Source: an uncultured Candidatus Rokubacteria bacterium (GTDB lineage Bacteria; Methylomirabilota; Methylomirabilia; Rokubacteriales; CSP1-6). From it: 64,000 nucleotides of DNA. The position numbers and the translations under genes were made by a program. The DNA is taken from NCBI GenBank assembly GCA_963747235.1, contig CAVVEU010000017.1, forward strand, positions 32,001-96,000, read 5' to 3'. The notes under the pieces were generated by a model, which was not told the DNA's origin, did not search any database, and saw only the letters and a program-made list of their open reading frames with translations. Shown piece by piece: positions 9,521-19,508 of this stretch (its first letter is position 1; the number at the start of each line of letters is the position of its first letter).

Positions 9521-11047
9521 TCAACGGTAGGAGATGTCGTACAGGATGATGCGCTGATCGCCGCGGGCCTGGTACTTCACCTCGTTCCGGACTCCGTCGA
9601 TCATCTCGCCCTGGAAGAGGAAGAGCTCGGGGGCCTCGTCGTGCCAGATCTGCGCCGCCTCCTGGTAGTTCCGCAGGCGCTTCGGCACGTCCAGCGTCAC
9701 CCGCGCCTCCTCCATCAGCCTGTAGAACGGCGTGCCTTCGTAATTGCCGGGCCAGCTCTGGTGGAGGATGCCGCCGGGGCCGCGCAGCCGCCAGAGCACG
9801 CCGTCCGCGTCGTACGTCGTGCTGGCCGGATCGGCGAGCAGCAGGCCGGGGAACGTGTTGGTCCGCAGGAGCTGGCTCCGCTGCGAGGGCTCGAGGACGC
9901 CGACCTTGGCGCGGATCCCCGCGTCCTGGAGCATGAGGGCCACCGCCTCGCTGAGCTGGCGATCGTTCAGATGGATGCCGTTGCCGCTCTGGATCTCGAT
10001 GTCCACTCCGTTCGGAAAGCCGGCCTCGGCGAGGAGCTGCTTGGCCCGGGCCGGATCGTACGGGTACGGCTTGATCTTGGCGTTGTAGCCGAAGTCGGTG
10101 TTGGGGATGCCGCTCCCGATCGGGATCGCGTAGCCGCGGTAGAGCTCCTTGATGATCTTGTCCTTGTCCACCGCGTAGTTCAGCGCCTGCCGGACCTTGG
10201 TGATGGCGAGCGGTCCCTTCTGCGCGTTGACGAGGTACACCGTGACCAGGTTGGTGAGCGTGTGCTCGACCCGGCAGCACCCCTTCTCGATCTGCGCGAC
10301 CTGGTCCGGGACGACCTTGGTGATGATCTGGGCCTCGCCGCGGGTGAGCGCGGCGACCCGCGCGAAGTTGTCCGGGATGGGCCGCCAGATCACCTTCTTG
10401 ATCTTGGGGGCGCCGCGCCAGTAGGCGGGATTGGCCTCCAGCACCACCCGGTCGTCCTTGACCCACTCCACGAACTTGTAGGGACCGGTGCCGACCGGCT
10501 TGATGCCGAAGGTCTTCCAGTCCACCTGCTTGAGGTACTGGGGCGGCAGCATCTGCCCGCCGTAGCCCGCGAAGCGCTTCACCAGGATCGGGTCCGGCTT
10601 GCTGGTCACGATATTGACCGTGTTGGCGTCGACCACGTCGGCCCGCTCGATGGTGCTGAAGCCACCGTAGACCTGGTGCACGCCCTTGGTGATCAGCCGG
10701 TCCACCGTGAACTTCACCGACTCCGCGTTGAACGGCTCGCCGTTGTGGAACTTCACGCCCTGGCGGAGCTTGAACTGCCAGGTGAGCGGGTCGACGCTGC
10801 GCCAGGAGACGGCCAGCTCGGGCACGAGCTTGCCGATGTCCTTCGGGTCCCACGTCACCAGCGCGTCGTAGATGTTGTAGAAGAGGTTCAGGTTGTGGAT
10901 CTGGGTGGCCTGGGTCGGATCGAGGGTCGTGATGTCGGCACCCTGGGCGATCACCAGATCCTGAGCGACGGCGGGACCGGCGGGGAGCGCGACCGCGAGC
11001 AGGGTCAGGCCGAGACCGAGTGTGACGGCGAGAACGGTGCGTTGCAT
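9521..11047 (-). CDS. Peptide/nickel ABC transporter substrate-binding protein (family 5)
   Basis: Signal peptide, LRQGVKFHNG, PVGTGPYKF, VRQALNYAVD. Confidence 0.92.
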   Translation of the reverse strand: MQRTVLAVTLGLGLTLLAVALPAGPAVAQDLVIAQGADITTLDPTQATQIHNLNLFYNIYDALVTWDPKDIGKLVPELAVSWRSVDPLTWQFKLRQGVKFHNGEPFNAESVKFTVDRLITKGVHQVYGGFSTIERADVVDANTVNIVTSKPDPILVKRFAGYGGQMLPPQYLKQVDWKTFGIKPVGTGPYKFVEWVKDDRVVLEANPAYWRGAPKIKKVIWRPIPDNFARVAALTRGEAQIITKVVPDQVAQIEKGCCRVEHTLTNLVTVYLVNAQKGPLAITKVRQALNYAVDKDKIIKELYRGYAIPIGSGIPNTDFGYNAKIKPYPYDPARAKQLLAEAGFPNGVDIEIQSGNGIHLNDRQLSEAVALMLQDAGIRAKVGVLEPSQRSQLLRTNTFPGLLLADPASTTYDADGVLWRLRGPGGILHQSWPGNYEGTPFYRLMEEARVTLDVPKRLRNYQEAAQIWHDEAPELFLFQGEMIDGVRNEVKYQARGDQRIILYDISYR

Positions 11048-11084
11048 CAGGGTGACCTCCTTGGAATGAGCACGGGGGTGACGA

Positions 11085-12263
11085 TCAGAACGGCCAGCTG
11101 CCATAGCGGCCCTGGAGCATCGGCGGGCGCCCGAAGCGCTCCGACGAGAATGGCTCGGCGTCGACCACCGACACGCGGCCGTCCACCACCAGCTCCGCGA
11201 CCATCTCGCCGATCACCGGCGAGTGCTTGAACCCGTGCCCGCTGAAGCCGAGCGCGTGGACGAGCCCGGGGACCTTTGGGCTGCGCTCGATGACGAAGTG
11301 CAGGTCGGGCGTCAGGTCGTAGACCGAGGCGTAGCCGCCCACCGCCTCCGCGTCGGCGAATCCCGGGAAGCGGCGCGCCGCCGCCTCCGCGGTCCACGCC
11401 ACGCGGTCCGCGTCCACCCGCTCGGAGAACGCGTCGGGATCGACGGGAGCGCTGACCCCGGCGCGATTGCGCGTCCCGACCAGCACGAGGCCGCCCGTCT
11501 CCGGCCGGTAGTAGACGCGGTCCACCATGTCCACGAGGACGGGGCGCGGGGCCGCCGCGTCGGCCCGGGGCCGCAGGATCACGAGCTGCTGCCGGCTCGC
11601 TACGATCGGCAGGTCCACCCCGACCGCGCGCGAGAGCGCCGCGCCCCAGGGCCCGGCCGCGTTCACCACGGTGGCCGTCTCCAGCGGGCCGGCGGAGGTG
11701 CGGACACCCGAGATCCGCCCGCCGGTCACCGTGAAGCCCGAGACGTGGCAGTCCTGGCGGATCTCCACGCCGAGCTCGCGGGCGCGCGCGGCGTAGGCCT
11801 GACTGACGCCGGCCGGATCGCCATAGCCGGTGTCGGTCTCCCAGGCCGCGCCGCCCAGGCCGTCGACCGCGAGTCCGGGCACCACGCGCACGAGATCGCG
11901 CGGGGTCAGCTCTTCCACCTTGACCCCGAGCCGCTGCATCATCGCGATCGTGTCGCGCATGGCCGGCACGTCTTCCGGCGCGAGCGCCATCACGAGCCCG
12001 CAGCGGGTGATCTCGGCCGGGCGGCCGGTCAGCTCCTCGAAGTTGTTGTAGGCCTCGAACGAGCGCGCGGCCATCCGGGCGTAGAGCTCGATCGAGTAGT
12101 GGCGGCGCAGCAGCGCGCTCGATCGTCCGGTGGGGCCGGAGGCCACATGGTGCTTCTCGAGCAGCACGATCCGGCCGGCCCGCCGGCGGGCGAGCTGCAG
12201 CGCGATGGAGGTGCCCATCACGCCCCCGCCCACGATGACGACGTCAGCGGTCGCGGCGGCCAT
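11085..12263 (-). CDS. FAD-dependent oxidoreductase (DAO / sarcosine oxidase beta-like)
   Basis: VVIVGGGVMG, NAAGPW, YDLTPD, GFSGHGFK. Confidence 0.9.
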   Translation of the reverse strand: MAAATADVVIVGGGVMGTSIALQLARRRAGRIVLLEKHHVASGPTGRSSALLRRHYSIELYARMAARSFEAYNNFEELTGRPAEITRCGLVMALAPEDVPAMRDTIAMMQRLGVKVEELTPRDLVRVVPGLAVDGLGGAAWETDTGYGDPAGVSQAYAARARELGVEIRQDCHVSGFTVTGGRISGVRTSAGPLETATVVNAAGPWGAALSRAVGVDLPIVASRQQLVILRPRADAAAPRPVLVDMVDRVYYRPETGGLVLVGTRNRAGVSAPVDPDAFSERVDADRVAWTAEAAARRFPGFADAEAVGGYASVYDLTPDLHFVIERSPKVPGLVHALGFSGHGFKHSPVIGEMVAELVVDGRVSVVDAEPFSSERFGRPPMLQGRYGSWPF

Positions 12264-12269
12264 GAGCGA

Positions 12270-13187
12270 TCAGCCGTAGACCGGGATGCGCCACTCCGGG
12301 TGAGGCGCCGAGCCGTCGCGCACCACGCGGAAGTACGCGTCGCGGACCTTGGCGGTGAGCGGCCCCATGGCGCCCTCGCCGACCGGGCGCCGGTCCACCG
12401 ACAGGATCGGCGTGACCTCGGCGGCGGTGCCCGCGAAGAAGGCCTCGTCGGCGACGTAGAGCTCGGTGCGGTCGATCTCGCGCTGCTCGACCGAGACGCC
12501 CAGCGACTCCGGGAACAGGGTGAGCAGGGTGGAGCGGGTGACCCCTTCCAGGATATTGCTCGTCACCGACGGGGTCATCGGCTGCTCGTCGCGGACGAGG
12601 AAGAGCGTGTAACCGGGACCCTCCGCCACGCTGCCGTCCTGGTTGAGCATGATCGCGTCGTCGTAGCCGTCGGTCTTGGCCTGGAGCAGGGCGAGCCGGC
12701 TGTTCTGGTAGTTGGCGGCCGCCTTCACGCGGGCCGGGATCGCGTTGTCCGCGGTGCGGTGCCACGAGCTCACCCCCACGTGGAGGCCGGCGGTCTCGAA
12801 GTAGCGCGTGGTGGGGATGGGCGCGATCACGTAGCCGACCGGTTCCCGCGAGGCGAGCCCGCCGTCGTCGGTGTCCACGAAGACGATCAGGCGCACGTGC
12901 AGGTCCTCGTGCAGCTCGTTGGCCCGGATGATCTCGAGCGTCTCGCGCTCGAGCCGGGCCGCGTCGGCGGGCAGGGGGATGCGGGCGATCTTGGCCGATC
13001 GCTCGAGGCGCCGCAGGTGCTCGCGCGGGCGGAACACGTAGAGCTGCTGGTCCACGTCGCTCCAGTAGGCGCGCATGGCCTCGTAGACGCTGGCCGCGTA
13101 CTTCATCGCGGTGGAGAGCACGTGGACGCGCGCGTCCTCGTAGGGGACGATCTTGCCGGACATGTTCAGGAGGCGGGGCTTGGCCAT
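12270..13187 (-). CDS. ilvE: Class IV aminotransferase (branched-chain amino acid type)
   Basis: VYEAMRAY, HLRRL, KAAANYQNS, ILEGVTR, ADEAFFAGTAAEV. Confidence 0.85.
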   Translation of the reverse strand: MAKPRLLNMSGKIVPYEDARVHVLSTAMKYAASVYEAMRAYWSDVDQQLYVFRPREHLRRLERSAKIARIPLPADAARLERETLEIIRANELHEDLHVRLIVFVDTDDGGLASREPVGYVIAPIPTTRYFETAGLHVGVSSWHRTADNAIPARVKAAANYQNSRLALLQAKTDGYDDAIMLNQDGSVAEGPGYTLFLVRDEQPMTPSVTSNILEGVTRSTLLTLFPESLGVSVEQREIDRTELYVADEAFFAGTAAEVTPILSVDRRPVGEGAMGPLTAKVRDAYFRVVRDGSAPHPEWRIPVYG

Positions 13188-13253
13188 GGTCGTGGGCGGG
13201 CTCATGTATACCAGCAATGGGTAGCGTTGCCAATCGCGCGGTCCGCCGTCGCC

Positions 13254-13282
13254 TTGACAGGAGCCGGAGCCGAGCCTAGTCT
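13254..13282 (+). promoter_or_regulatory. sigma70-type promoter
   Basis: TTGACA-17 nt-TAGTCT upstream of the class III aminotransferase. Confidence 0.6.
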
Positions 13283-13335
13283 TCTCTCGTTCCCGACGCG
13301 GGTTCCCGTAACTCTCACCGAGACGAGGTTCCGCC

Positions 13336-14656
13336 ATGGCCGACACCGATCAAGACCCGCTCCGCCGAAGAGACCAAGCTGCTCGAGCGCGCGCGCCAGC
13401 GCCTGCCCGGCGGCGTGCTGGGCACCTCCCGCTACGCCGATGACGTGGGCTTCGTGGTCAAGCACGGCAAGGGCTCGAAGATCTACGACGTGAGCGGGCG
13501 CGAGTACATCGACTACGTGATGGCCTCCGGCCCGCTGGTGCTGGGCCACGCCCATCCCGCGGTGGTGGCCGCGGTGCGCGCGCAGCTCGAGGCCGGCACG
13601 ACGTACTTCATGGTGACCGAGCCGATCATCGAGCTGGCCGAGGAGATCTGCCGCGCGGTGCCGTGCGCCGAGCAGGTGCGCTTCACCTCGACGGGCTCCG
13701 AGGCGACCTTCTTCGCGCTGCGCGTGGCCCGCACCGCGCGGCAGCGCGACAAGATCCTCAAGTTCGAGGGCGGCTACCACGGCGCCCACGACTACTCGAT
13801 GATGAGCTCGACCCCGCGCTCGCCCAAGGCCTTCCCCGCGCCGGTCCCGGACTCCTCCGGCATCCCGCACTCGCTGGAGGCCGAGGTGCTGATCGCGCCC
13901 TTCAACGACCTGGCGACGGTCGAGGGCATCGTGGCCACCCACGCCGACGAGCTGGCCGCGGTGATCGTCGAGCCGTTCCAGCGGCTGATCCCGCCCCAGC
14001 CCGGGTTCCTGCAGGGCCTGCGCGACATCACGCGGCGCCACGGCATCCTGCTGGTCTTCGACGAGGTCGTCACCGGCTTCCGCCTGGCCTACGGCGGCGC
14101 GCAGCAGTACTACGGCGTGGTCCCGGACATCGCCTGCGTCGGCAAGATCGTGGGCGGCGGCTTCCCGCTCGCCGCGGTCTGCGCCTCCGCCGACCTGATG
14201 CAGCCCTTCGATCCGGGGCAGGACGGCAAGGGCGACTTCATCTCGCAATCCGGCACGCTCAACGGCAATCCCATCGCGGCCGTCGCGGGCCTGGCGACCC
14301 TGGCCGAGCTGCGCAAGCCCGGCGCGTACGAGCGGTTTCACGGCACCGGCAGCCGCCTGATGGCCGGCCTCGCCGAGCTGGCCCGGAAGTCGGGCCTCCC
14401 GGCCCAGGTGGTGGGCGAGCCCGTGCTCTTCGACATCCTCTTCACCAGCGAGCCCGTCATCGACTACCGGTCGCTGCAGAAGGCCGACGGCGCCCTGGCC
14501 CGCGCCTTCACCACCGAGCTGATCAAGCGCGGCGTGGTGAAGAACACCCAGAAGATGTACATGTCCCTGGCCCATACCGACGCCGACGTGGCCACGACGC
14601 TCCAAGCCTGCGAAGACGCTCTCAAGACGCTGCCGAGGAAAAAGACGCGATCCTGA
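13336..14656 (+). CDS. Class III aminotransferase (glutamate-1-semialdehyde aminomutase-like), +1 frameshift near 13347
   Basis: KFEGGYHG, FDEVVTGFR, PDIACVGKIVGGGFP, SGTLNGNP; RBS plus ATG at 13336 is out of frame by 1. Confidence 0.85.
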
Positions 14657-14687
14657 CCGGCACCAGGCGCGCGGGCGGGGCAGGGCC

Positions 14688-15515
14688 GTGATCCGCCTGG
14701 CCGAGTGCACGTATCGCGGGGTGGCGCGCCTGGCCCGCGACCCGCGGATCCTCGTGATCCTGCCGCTCGGCGCCATCGAGCAGCACGGCCCGCACCTGCC
14801 GCTGCTGGTGGACTGGCTGGGCGCGGAGGAGCTCGCGCGCCACGTGGCCCCGCATCTCGAGCGCGCAGGGTACAAGGTGGTTCTGGCCCCGTCGATGCCG
14901 TACGGCGCGAGCCCGCTCGCGGAGACCTGGCCCGGCACCGTCTCGCTCTCGCGCACGACGTTGAAGCGCGTCATCGTGGAGGTGATCGGCAGCCTCGCGC
15001 GCCACGGCTTCCGGCGCTTCGTGCTCGCGAACTACCAGGCCGATCCGGCCCACGTGCGGGCCATGGCCGAGGCGAAGCGGGCGCTCACGCGAGGCGATCG
15101 ACGGCTCCGCATCCTCTTCGCGGGCTTCAGCCCGGAGGCGCGGAGCATGGCGGTGATGCTCGACCCGCGAGTCCTCAGGCTGTCGCGCAGCCCGAGCCCG
15201 ACGGGGGAGTGGCACGCCGGCGAGCTCGAGACCGCGCTGGTGCTGGCGCGGCGGCCGGACCTGGTGCGCCGGGCGGTGGCCCGCCGGCTGCCGCCGGTGT
15301 GGGTGGACTTCCGGGCCGCGCTCCGCCAGGGGGCGCGGCGGTTCGAGCAGATCGCGCCGGGAGGAGCCGGCTACTTCGGCTGGCCGGCCGCGGCCCGGGC
15401 GGTGACGGCGAAGCGCGCGCTCGCGCTGCGGGGCAGGCTCATGGCGAGGGAGATCATCCGCGCGCTCGGCCCCGCCGCCCGGACGCCGTCGGCCAGAGGC
15501 CGGGCCCGCCGCTGA
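14688..15515 (+). CDS. Creatininase / creatinine amidohydrolase family protein
   Basis: LPLGAIEQHGPHLPL..D, PGTVSL, HAGELET. Confidence 0.88.
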   Translation: MIRLAECTYRGVARLARDPRILVILPLGAIEQHGPHLPLLVDWLGAEELARHVAPHLERAGYKVVLAPSMPYGASPLAETWPGTVSLSRTTLKRVIVEVIGSLARHGFRRFVLANYQADPAHVRAMAEAKRALTRGDRRLRILFAGFSPEARSMAVMLDPRVLRLSRSPSPTGEWHAGELETALVLARRPDLVRRAVARRLPPVWVDFRAALRQGARRFEQIAPGGAGYFGWPAAARAVTAKRALALRGRLMAREIIRALGPAARTPSARGRARR

Positions 15516-15716
15516 TCAGGGCGCGAGGGAAGCCGACTGGAACTCGCAGAAGCCCGCGATCAGCTCGCCGCGCCACCAGCCGCCCCGGCGCTCGCAGATC
15601 GCCCGGAGCTCGGCGTCGGTGTAGGTCGGCCCCTGCGGCATGGTGCTGCAGGCGCTGAACAGGCCGGCCGCCGCGGCGGCCAGCAGCACTCCGAGTAGAA
15701 TCTTCCGGGTCTTCAT
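15516..15716 (-). CDS. Small lipoprotein (66 aa)
   Basis: MKTRKILLGVLLAAAAAGLFSAC lipobox; CERRGGWW..C motif; GGAGG RBS. Confidence 0.7.
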   Translation of the reverse strand: MKTRKILLGVLLAAAAAGLFSACSTMPQGPTYTDAELRAICERRGGWWRGELIAGFCEFQSASLAP

Positions 15717-15784
15717 TCTCCACCCTCCCCACACACAACTATGATGCGGCAGGGAGGGTTCCGGATTCGCGCGCCGGGAGGTCC

Positions 15785-16766
15785 TTACGTGGCGAGCGCG
15801 TAGGCCTGGTCGATGAGCCGCACCGCGCGCAGGCAGTCGTGCACGCTGATCGGGGGCGTCGCGCCCCGCTGCCACGACTCGAGGATGTCGCGGATCGCCC
15901 CGAAGTAGCGCGCGTCGCTGTCCGGGCACGGCGTGGTCTCGTCGCCCTGGGCGGTGGCCAGCTTCAGCTCGCCGTCCTTCAGGGTGAGGATGGCGTCGCG
16001 CCCGGCGAGCTTCCACTCCCCGTCGGTGCCCACGCGCGGGAAGCCGTTGCCGACCTCGACGGTGCCCAGGATGCCGGTGGCGGAGCGCAGCAGCACCGAG
16101 GCGTAGTCCTCCACGCGCTGGCCGTGGGCGCGCGTGCTGATCTGGGCGCCGGTCACCTGCGCGTCCTCGCCGGTCAGGTACAGGAACATGTCGAGGCCGT
16201 GCGAGCCCAGGTTGCGGAGGCAGCCGCCGCCCGCCTCGGCCGGGTCGAGCATCCACGCCGAGTCCCACGCCGGGTAGCGCGCGGGCGCGGGGCGGTTGAT
16301 GCGCACGTAGAGGTGGGAGACGGGGCCGAAGCGCCCCTCGGCCAGGAGCTGGCGGGCGCGCACCGCGAAGGGCTGGTAGCGCTGGAAGAGCGGCACCGCG
16401 GCGTAGCCCTTCAGGCGCGTGGCCTTCTCCGCGATGGACTGCACCTCCGCGGCGCTGATGCCCATCGGCTTCTCCATCATGAAGGGCAGGCCACGGTCGA
16501 GCAGATCGTGGGCGATCTTCGCCATCTGCCGGTGGCGCCCCAGGCCCAGCACGAAGTCGGGCTTGGTCTCCGCCAGCATCCGCGGGTAGTCGGTGAAGGT
16601 CGGGCGGACCGCCCACCGCGTCCGCACGCTTCTTCGCGAGCGCGGCGTCGCTGTCCTGCACGCCGACCAGGGCCACGTCGGGCATCGCGGAGAGATGGCG
16701 GAGATACGCGGCGTCGTGCACGGCGTGCCAGTGCCCGACCTCGATGGCGGCGATGCGGATCGTCAT
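15785..16766 (-). CDS. Gfo/Idh/MocA family oxidoreductase, +1 frameshift near 16605
   Basis: EKPMG, GGGCLRNLGSHGLD; N-terminus in the adjacent frame with GGAGGA RBS. Confidence 0.85.
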
Positions 16767-16929
16767 GAAATCCTCCGGAGGGGACGCAAGATGTGGGGCC
16801 GCACGGGGTGATCATATAGATGTACGGGGGCGGAGGGCATCGCGAACACCATACATGGTACGTCGCGCGCGCGCGACCAGATGTATGGGGAATTGACGCC
16901 GAGACGCGGCCGGCCCGATGCTCGCGCCC

Positions 16930-17303
16930 ATGATGACCACCAGACGATCTGCACGCGTTCTTCGAGCGAGGCTGGAACCGTCACGACGTGGACCTGCTGA
17001 TGACCTTCATGGCCGAGGACTGTGTCTTCGAATCCACCGCGGGCCCCGAGGCCTGCGGCGCGCGCCACGCCGGGCGGGAGGCGCGTGCGCCAGGCGTTCG
17101 CGCGGGTGTTCGAGGTGTTCCCGGACGCGCGGTTCGGGGAGGCGCGCCACTTCGTCGCGGGCGACCGCGGCGTCTCGGAGTGGCGCTTCACCGGGACCAC
17201 CGCGGAGGGCAAGACCGTCGAGGTGGACGGCTGCGATCTCTTCACCTTCGCGGGCGACAAGATCGCGCGCAAGAGCGCGTATTTCAAGACCCGCACGGCC
17301 TGA
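16930..17303 (+). CDS. SnoaL/NTF2-like protein, two +1 frameshifts (about 16941 and 17083)
   Basis: Joined frames give WNRHDVDLLMTFMAEDCVF...GDRGVSEWRFTG...GCDLFTFAGDKIARKSAYFK. Confidence 0.8.
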
Positions 17304-17403
17304 GCGGCTACCGCGTAAACGCCCCGGGACTTAATTCCGTCTGACGGACAATAGCTGCCAGGGCCGGTCCCGGCCCCACCCCGTCACGAGGAGGAACAGT
17401 CCC

Positions 17404-17718
17404 ATGCACGTTGCGAAAATTGCCATGATCGGGATCGTCACGCTCGCGGTCGCCACGCCCGCCTTCGCGCAGGAGACGCGCGTGGATCGCCGGCAGGAGC
17501 GCCAGGAGCAGCGGATCGACCAGGGCGTCAAGTCCGGCGCCCTGACTCCCCGCGAGACCCGGAAGCTCGAGCGGGGCCAGCGGCACGTCGAGAAGCTCGA
17601 GACGAAGGCCCAGGCCGACGGCAAGGTCACGGCCAGGGAGAAGGCCCGGCTCGAGCACGCGCAGGACGTGCAGAGCAAGCGCATCTACAAGCAGAAGCAC
17701 GACGCCCAGACCCGTTAA
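17404..17718 (+). CDS. Secreted helical repeat protein (RQERQEQRIDQGVKSGALT...ADGKVT..E family)
   Basis: Signal peptide ending AFA; GAGGAGG RBS; internal repeat. Confidence 0.8.
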   Translation: MHVAKIAMIGIVTLAVATPAFAQETRVDRRQERQEQRIDQGVKSGALTPRETRKLERGQRHVEKLETKAQADGKVTAREKARLEHAQDVQSKRIYKQKHDAQTR

Positions 17719-18386
17719 CGCGGCAGGGCGCGGGCGGCGGTGAGGATCTCCTCCTCCGAGGGGAACTTGCCGACGCCCGCGAGGCCCTCGGCGCCGCACT
17801 CGATATTGGCCCAGCGGACGATGCCGTCGCGATCGATCATGAACTGGCCCTTGAGCTGGGGCCACTGGCGAGTCAGGTCGCCCTTGTCGGTGTCGGTCTC
17901 GGTGTAACCGTCCTGCTTCGCCGTGGCCATCGCGGCCTCCGTGATGGGCAGCGGCGCCGGGAACTCGCCATGGGGATTGATCCGTACCGTCTCCAGGTCC
18001 TTCAGGAACTCCGGGGTCGGCGTCGGCCTCGGCAGACGGTACGCGCGGTGGGTGGACATCTCCGGATCGGAGGCCAGGCGCATGCGGGCCGGCCGGTACT
18101 TGAAGTAGAGCCGGGCGTTCTCGGGGGCGGTGGCCACGATCCCCAGGGTCTCCACGCCGAGCGCCTTGAGCTTGCTCTCGACCTTGCCCATCTGCGCGAT
18201 CGATCGCCGGCAGAACGGGCACCAGAGCCCGACGAACAGGGCGAGGAAGACGGGGCTGCGGCCCCGGTACTCGGCCAGTGAGACGGTTTCCGGCCGGTCC
18301 ACGGCCGGGAGGCTGAAGTCGGGCGCGGGCTCACCCGGCGCGACCGGCGGACGGGATTCAGTCGTCATGTCGGACTCCTTCGTCAT
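17715..18386 (-). CDS. AhpC/TSA (redoxin) family protein
   Basis: GEPAPDFSLP, WCPFC, QFMIDRDGIVRW. Confidence 0.85.
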   Translation of the reverse strand: MTKESDMTTESRPPVAPGEPAPDFSLPAVDRPETVSLAEYRGRSPVFLALFVGLWCPFCRRSIAQMGKVESKLKALGVETLGIVATAPENARLYFKYRPARMRLASDPEMSTHRAYRLPRPTPTPEFLKDLETVRINPHGEFPAPLPITEAAMATAKQDGYTETDTDKGDLTRQWPQLKGQFMIDRDGIVRWANIECGAEGLAGVGKFPSEEEILTAARALPR

Positions 18387-19426
18387 CTATACGCGGCCAG
18401 GACCGCCTGGGCGAGCTCGCGCGTTCTGGCCGTGCCGCCCTGGTCCGGAGTGAGCACCTTCCCGTCGCGGTAGATGCGCCCCACCGCGGCCTCCAGGCGC
18501 TGCGCCTCCGCGATCATCCCCATGTGCTCCAGCATCAGCGCCGCCGACAGGATCGTCGCGGTGGGATTCGCGATGCCCTTGCCCGCGATGTCGGGGGCCG
18601 AGCCGTGGACGGATTCGAAGTAGGCCCAGCCGTCGCCGAAGTTGCCGGACGGGGCCAGCCCGAGGCCGCCCGCCGTCTCCGCGCCCAGGTCGGAGAGGAT
18701 GTCGCCGTAGAGGTTCATGCACAGCACCACGTCCATTGCCTTCGGGAAGCGCACGAGGCGCCGCGCGGCGTCGTCCACGTGGAAGTGCTCGAAGGGCAGC
18801 CCCGCCGCGCGCACCACGTTCGCGACGATCTCGTCGTAGAGCCCGTCGGTGCGCGGCAGCACGTTCGACTTGGTCACCAGCGTGATCTTGCCCGGCTTGC
18901 CGCGCTTCTGCCGTCGCCGCGCCAGGTCGCAGGCGAAGCGGGCGATGCGGTCGGCGCCGCGCGGGGTGACCACCTTCACCGCGAAGCGCCCCTCGGTGCC
19001 GAAGTCCTTCAAGCGCTTTCCGGTCCGGTCCGCGAGGTCCGGCAGGAGCCGCACGATCTCGGCCAGGTCGCCCTCGCGGCCCGGGTAGAGGCCCTCGCTG
19101 TTCTCGCGCAGCAGCACGTAGTCGATGCCGTCGGGATCGGCCAGCGGCGAGCGCATCCCCGGGAAGAAGCGGATCGGCCGCACGCCGGCCCACGCGGACA
19201 TCTCCCAGCGGAGCCAGGAGACCACGAGCGAGGTGGACGGCCCCGCCGCGCCGAAGAGCACGCCGTCGGCCTCGCGGGCCGCGCGCTTGGTCTCCTCGGG
19301 CAGGGGCGAGCCCTGGGGCGGCGTGAGGATCTTGAGCGGCAGGCCCGTGCCCATCAGCAGCTCGCACGTGGCGTCCACGACTTCGGGACCGATCCCTTCA
19401 CCCGGCAGCGCGACTATTGTCTTCAT
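18383..19426 (-). CDS. Isocitrate/isopropylmalate dehydrogenase family protein
   Basis: [45 protein letters not shown]. Confidence 0.92.
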   Translation of the reverse strand: MKTIVALPGEGIGPEVVDATCELLMGTGLPLKILTPPQGSPLPEETKRAAREADGVLFGAAGPSTSLVVSWLRWEMSAWAGVRPIRFFPGMRSPLADPDGIDYVLLRENSEGLYPGREGDLAEIVRLLPDLADRTGKRLKDFGTEGRFAVKVVTPRGADRIARFACDLARRRQKRGKPGKITLVTKSNVLPRTDGLYDEIVANVVRAAGLPFEHFHVDDAARRLVRFPKAMDVVLCMNLYGDILSDLGAETAGGLGLAPSGNFGDGWAYFESVHGSAPDIAGKGIANPTATILSAALMLEHMGMIAEAQRLEAAVGRIYRDGKVLTPDQGGTARTRELAQAVLAAYR

Positions 19427-19441
19427 GGGCCACCTCCTCCT

Positions 19442-19467
19442 GGGGTCAGGTCTTGCATCGAGACATT
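19442..19467 (+). repeat. Dispersed intergenic motif GGGGTCAGGTCTTGCAT-N3-GACATT, copy 2
   Basis: 23/26 identical to 5843-5868; lies in a divergent intergenic region. Confidence 0.7.
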
Positions 19468-19508
19468 CGCAGCGGTCATGTGCGAATCTACCACCAAAGG
19501 AGCCTGCC

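Noticed and set aside
17715-18386. Possible selenoprotein (redoxin family)
   Set aside because: CPFC is encoded by TGC codons; no in-frame TGA
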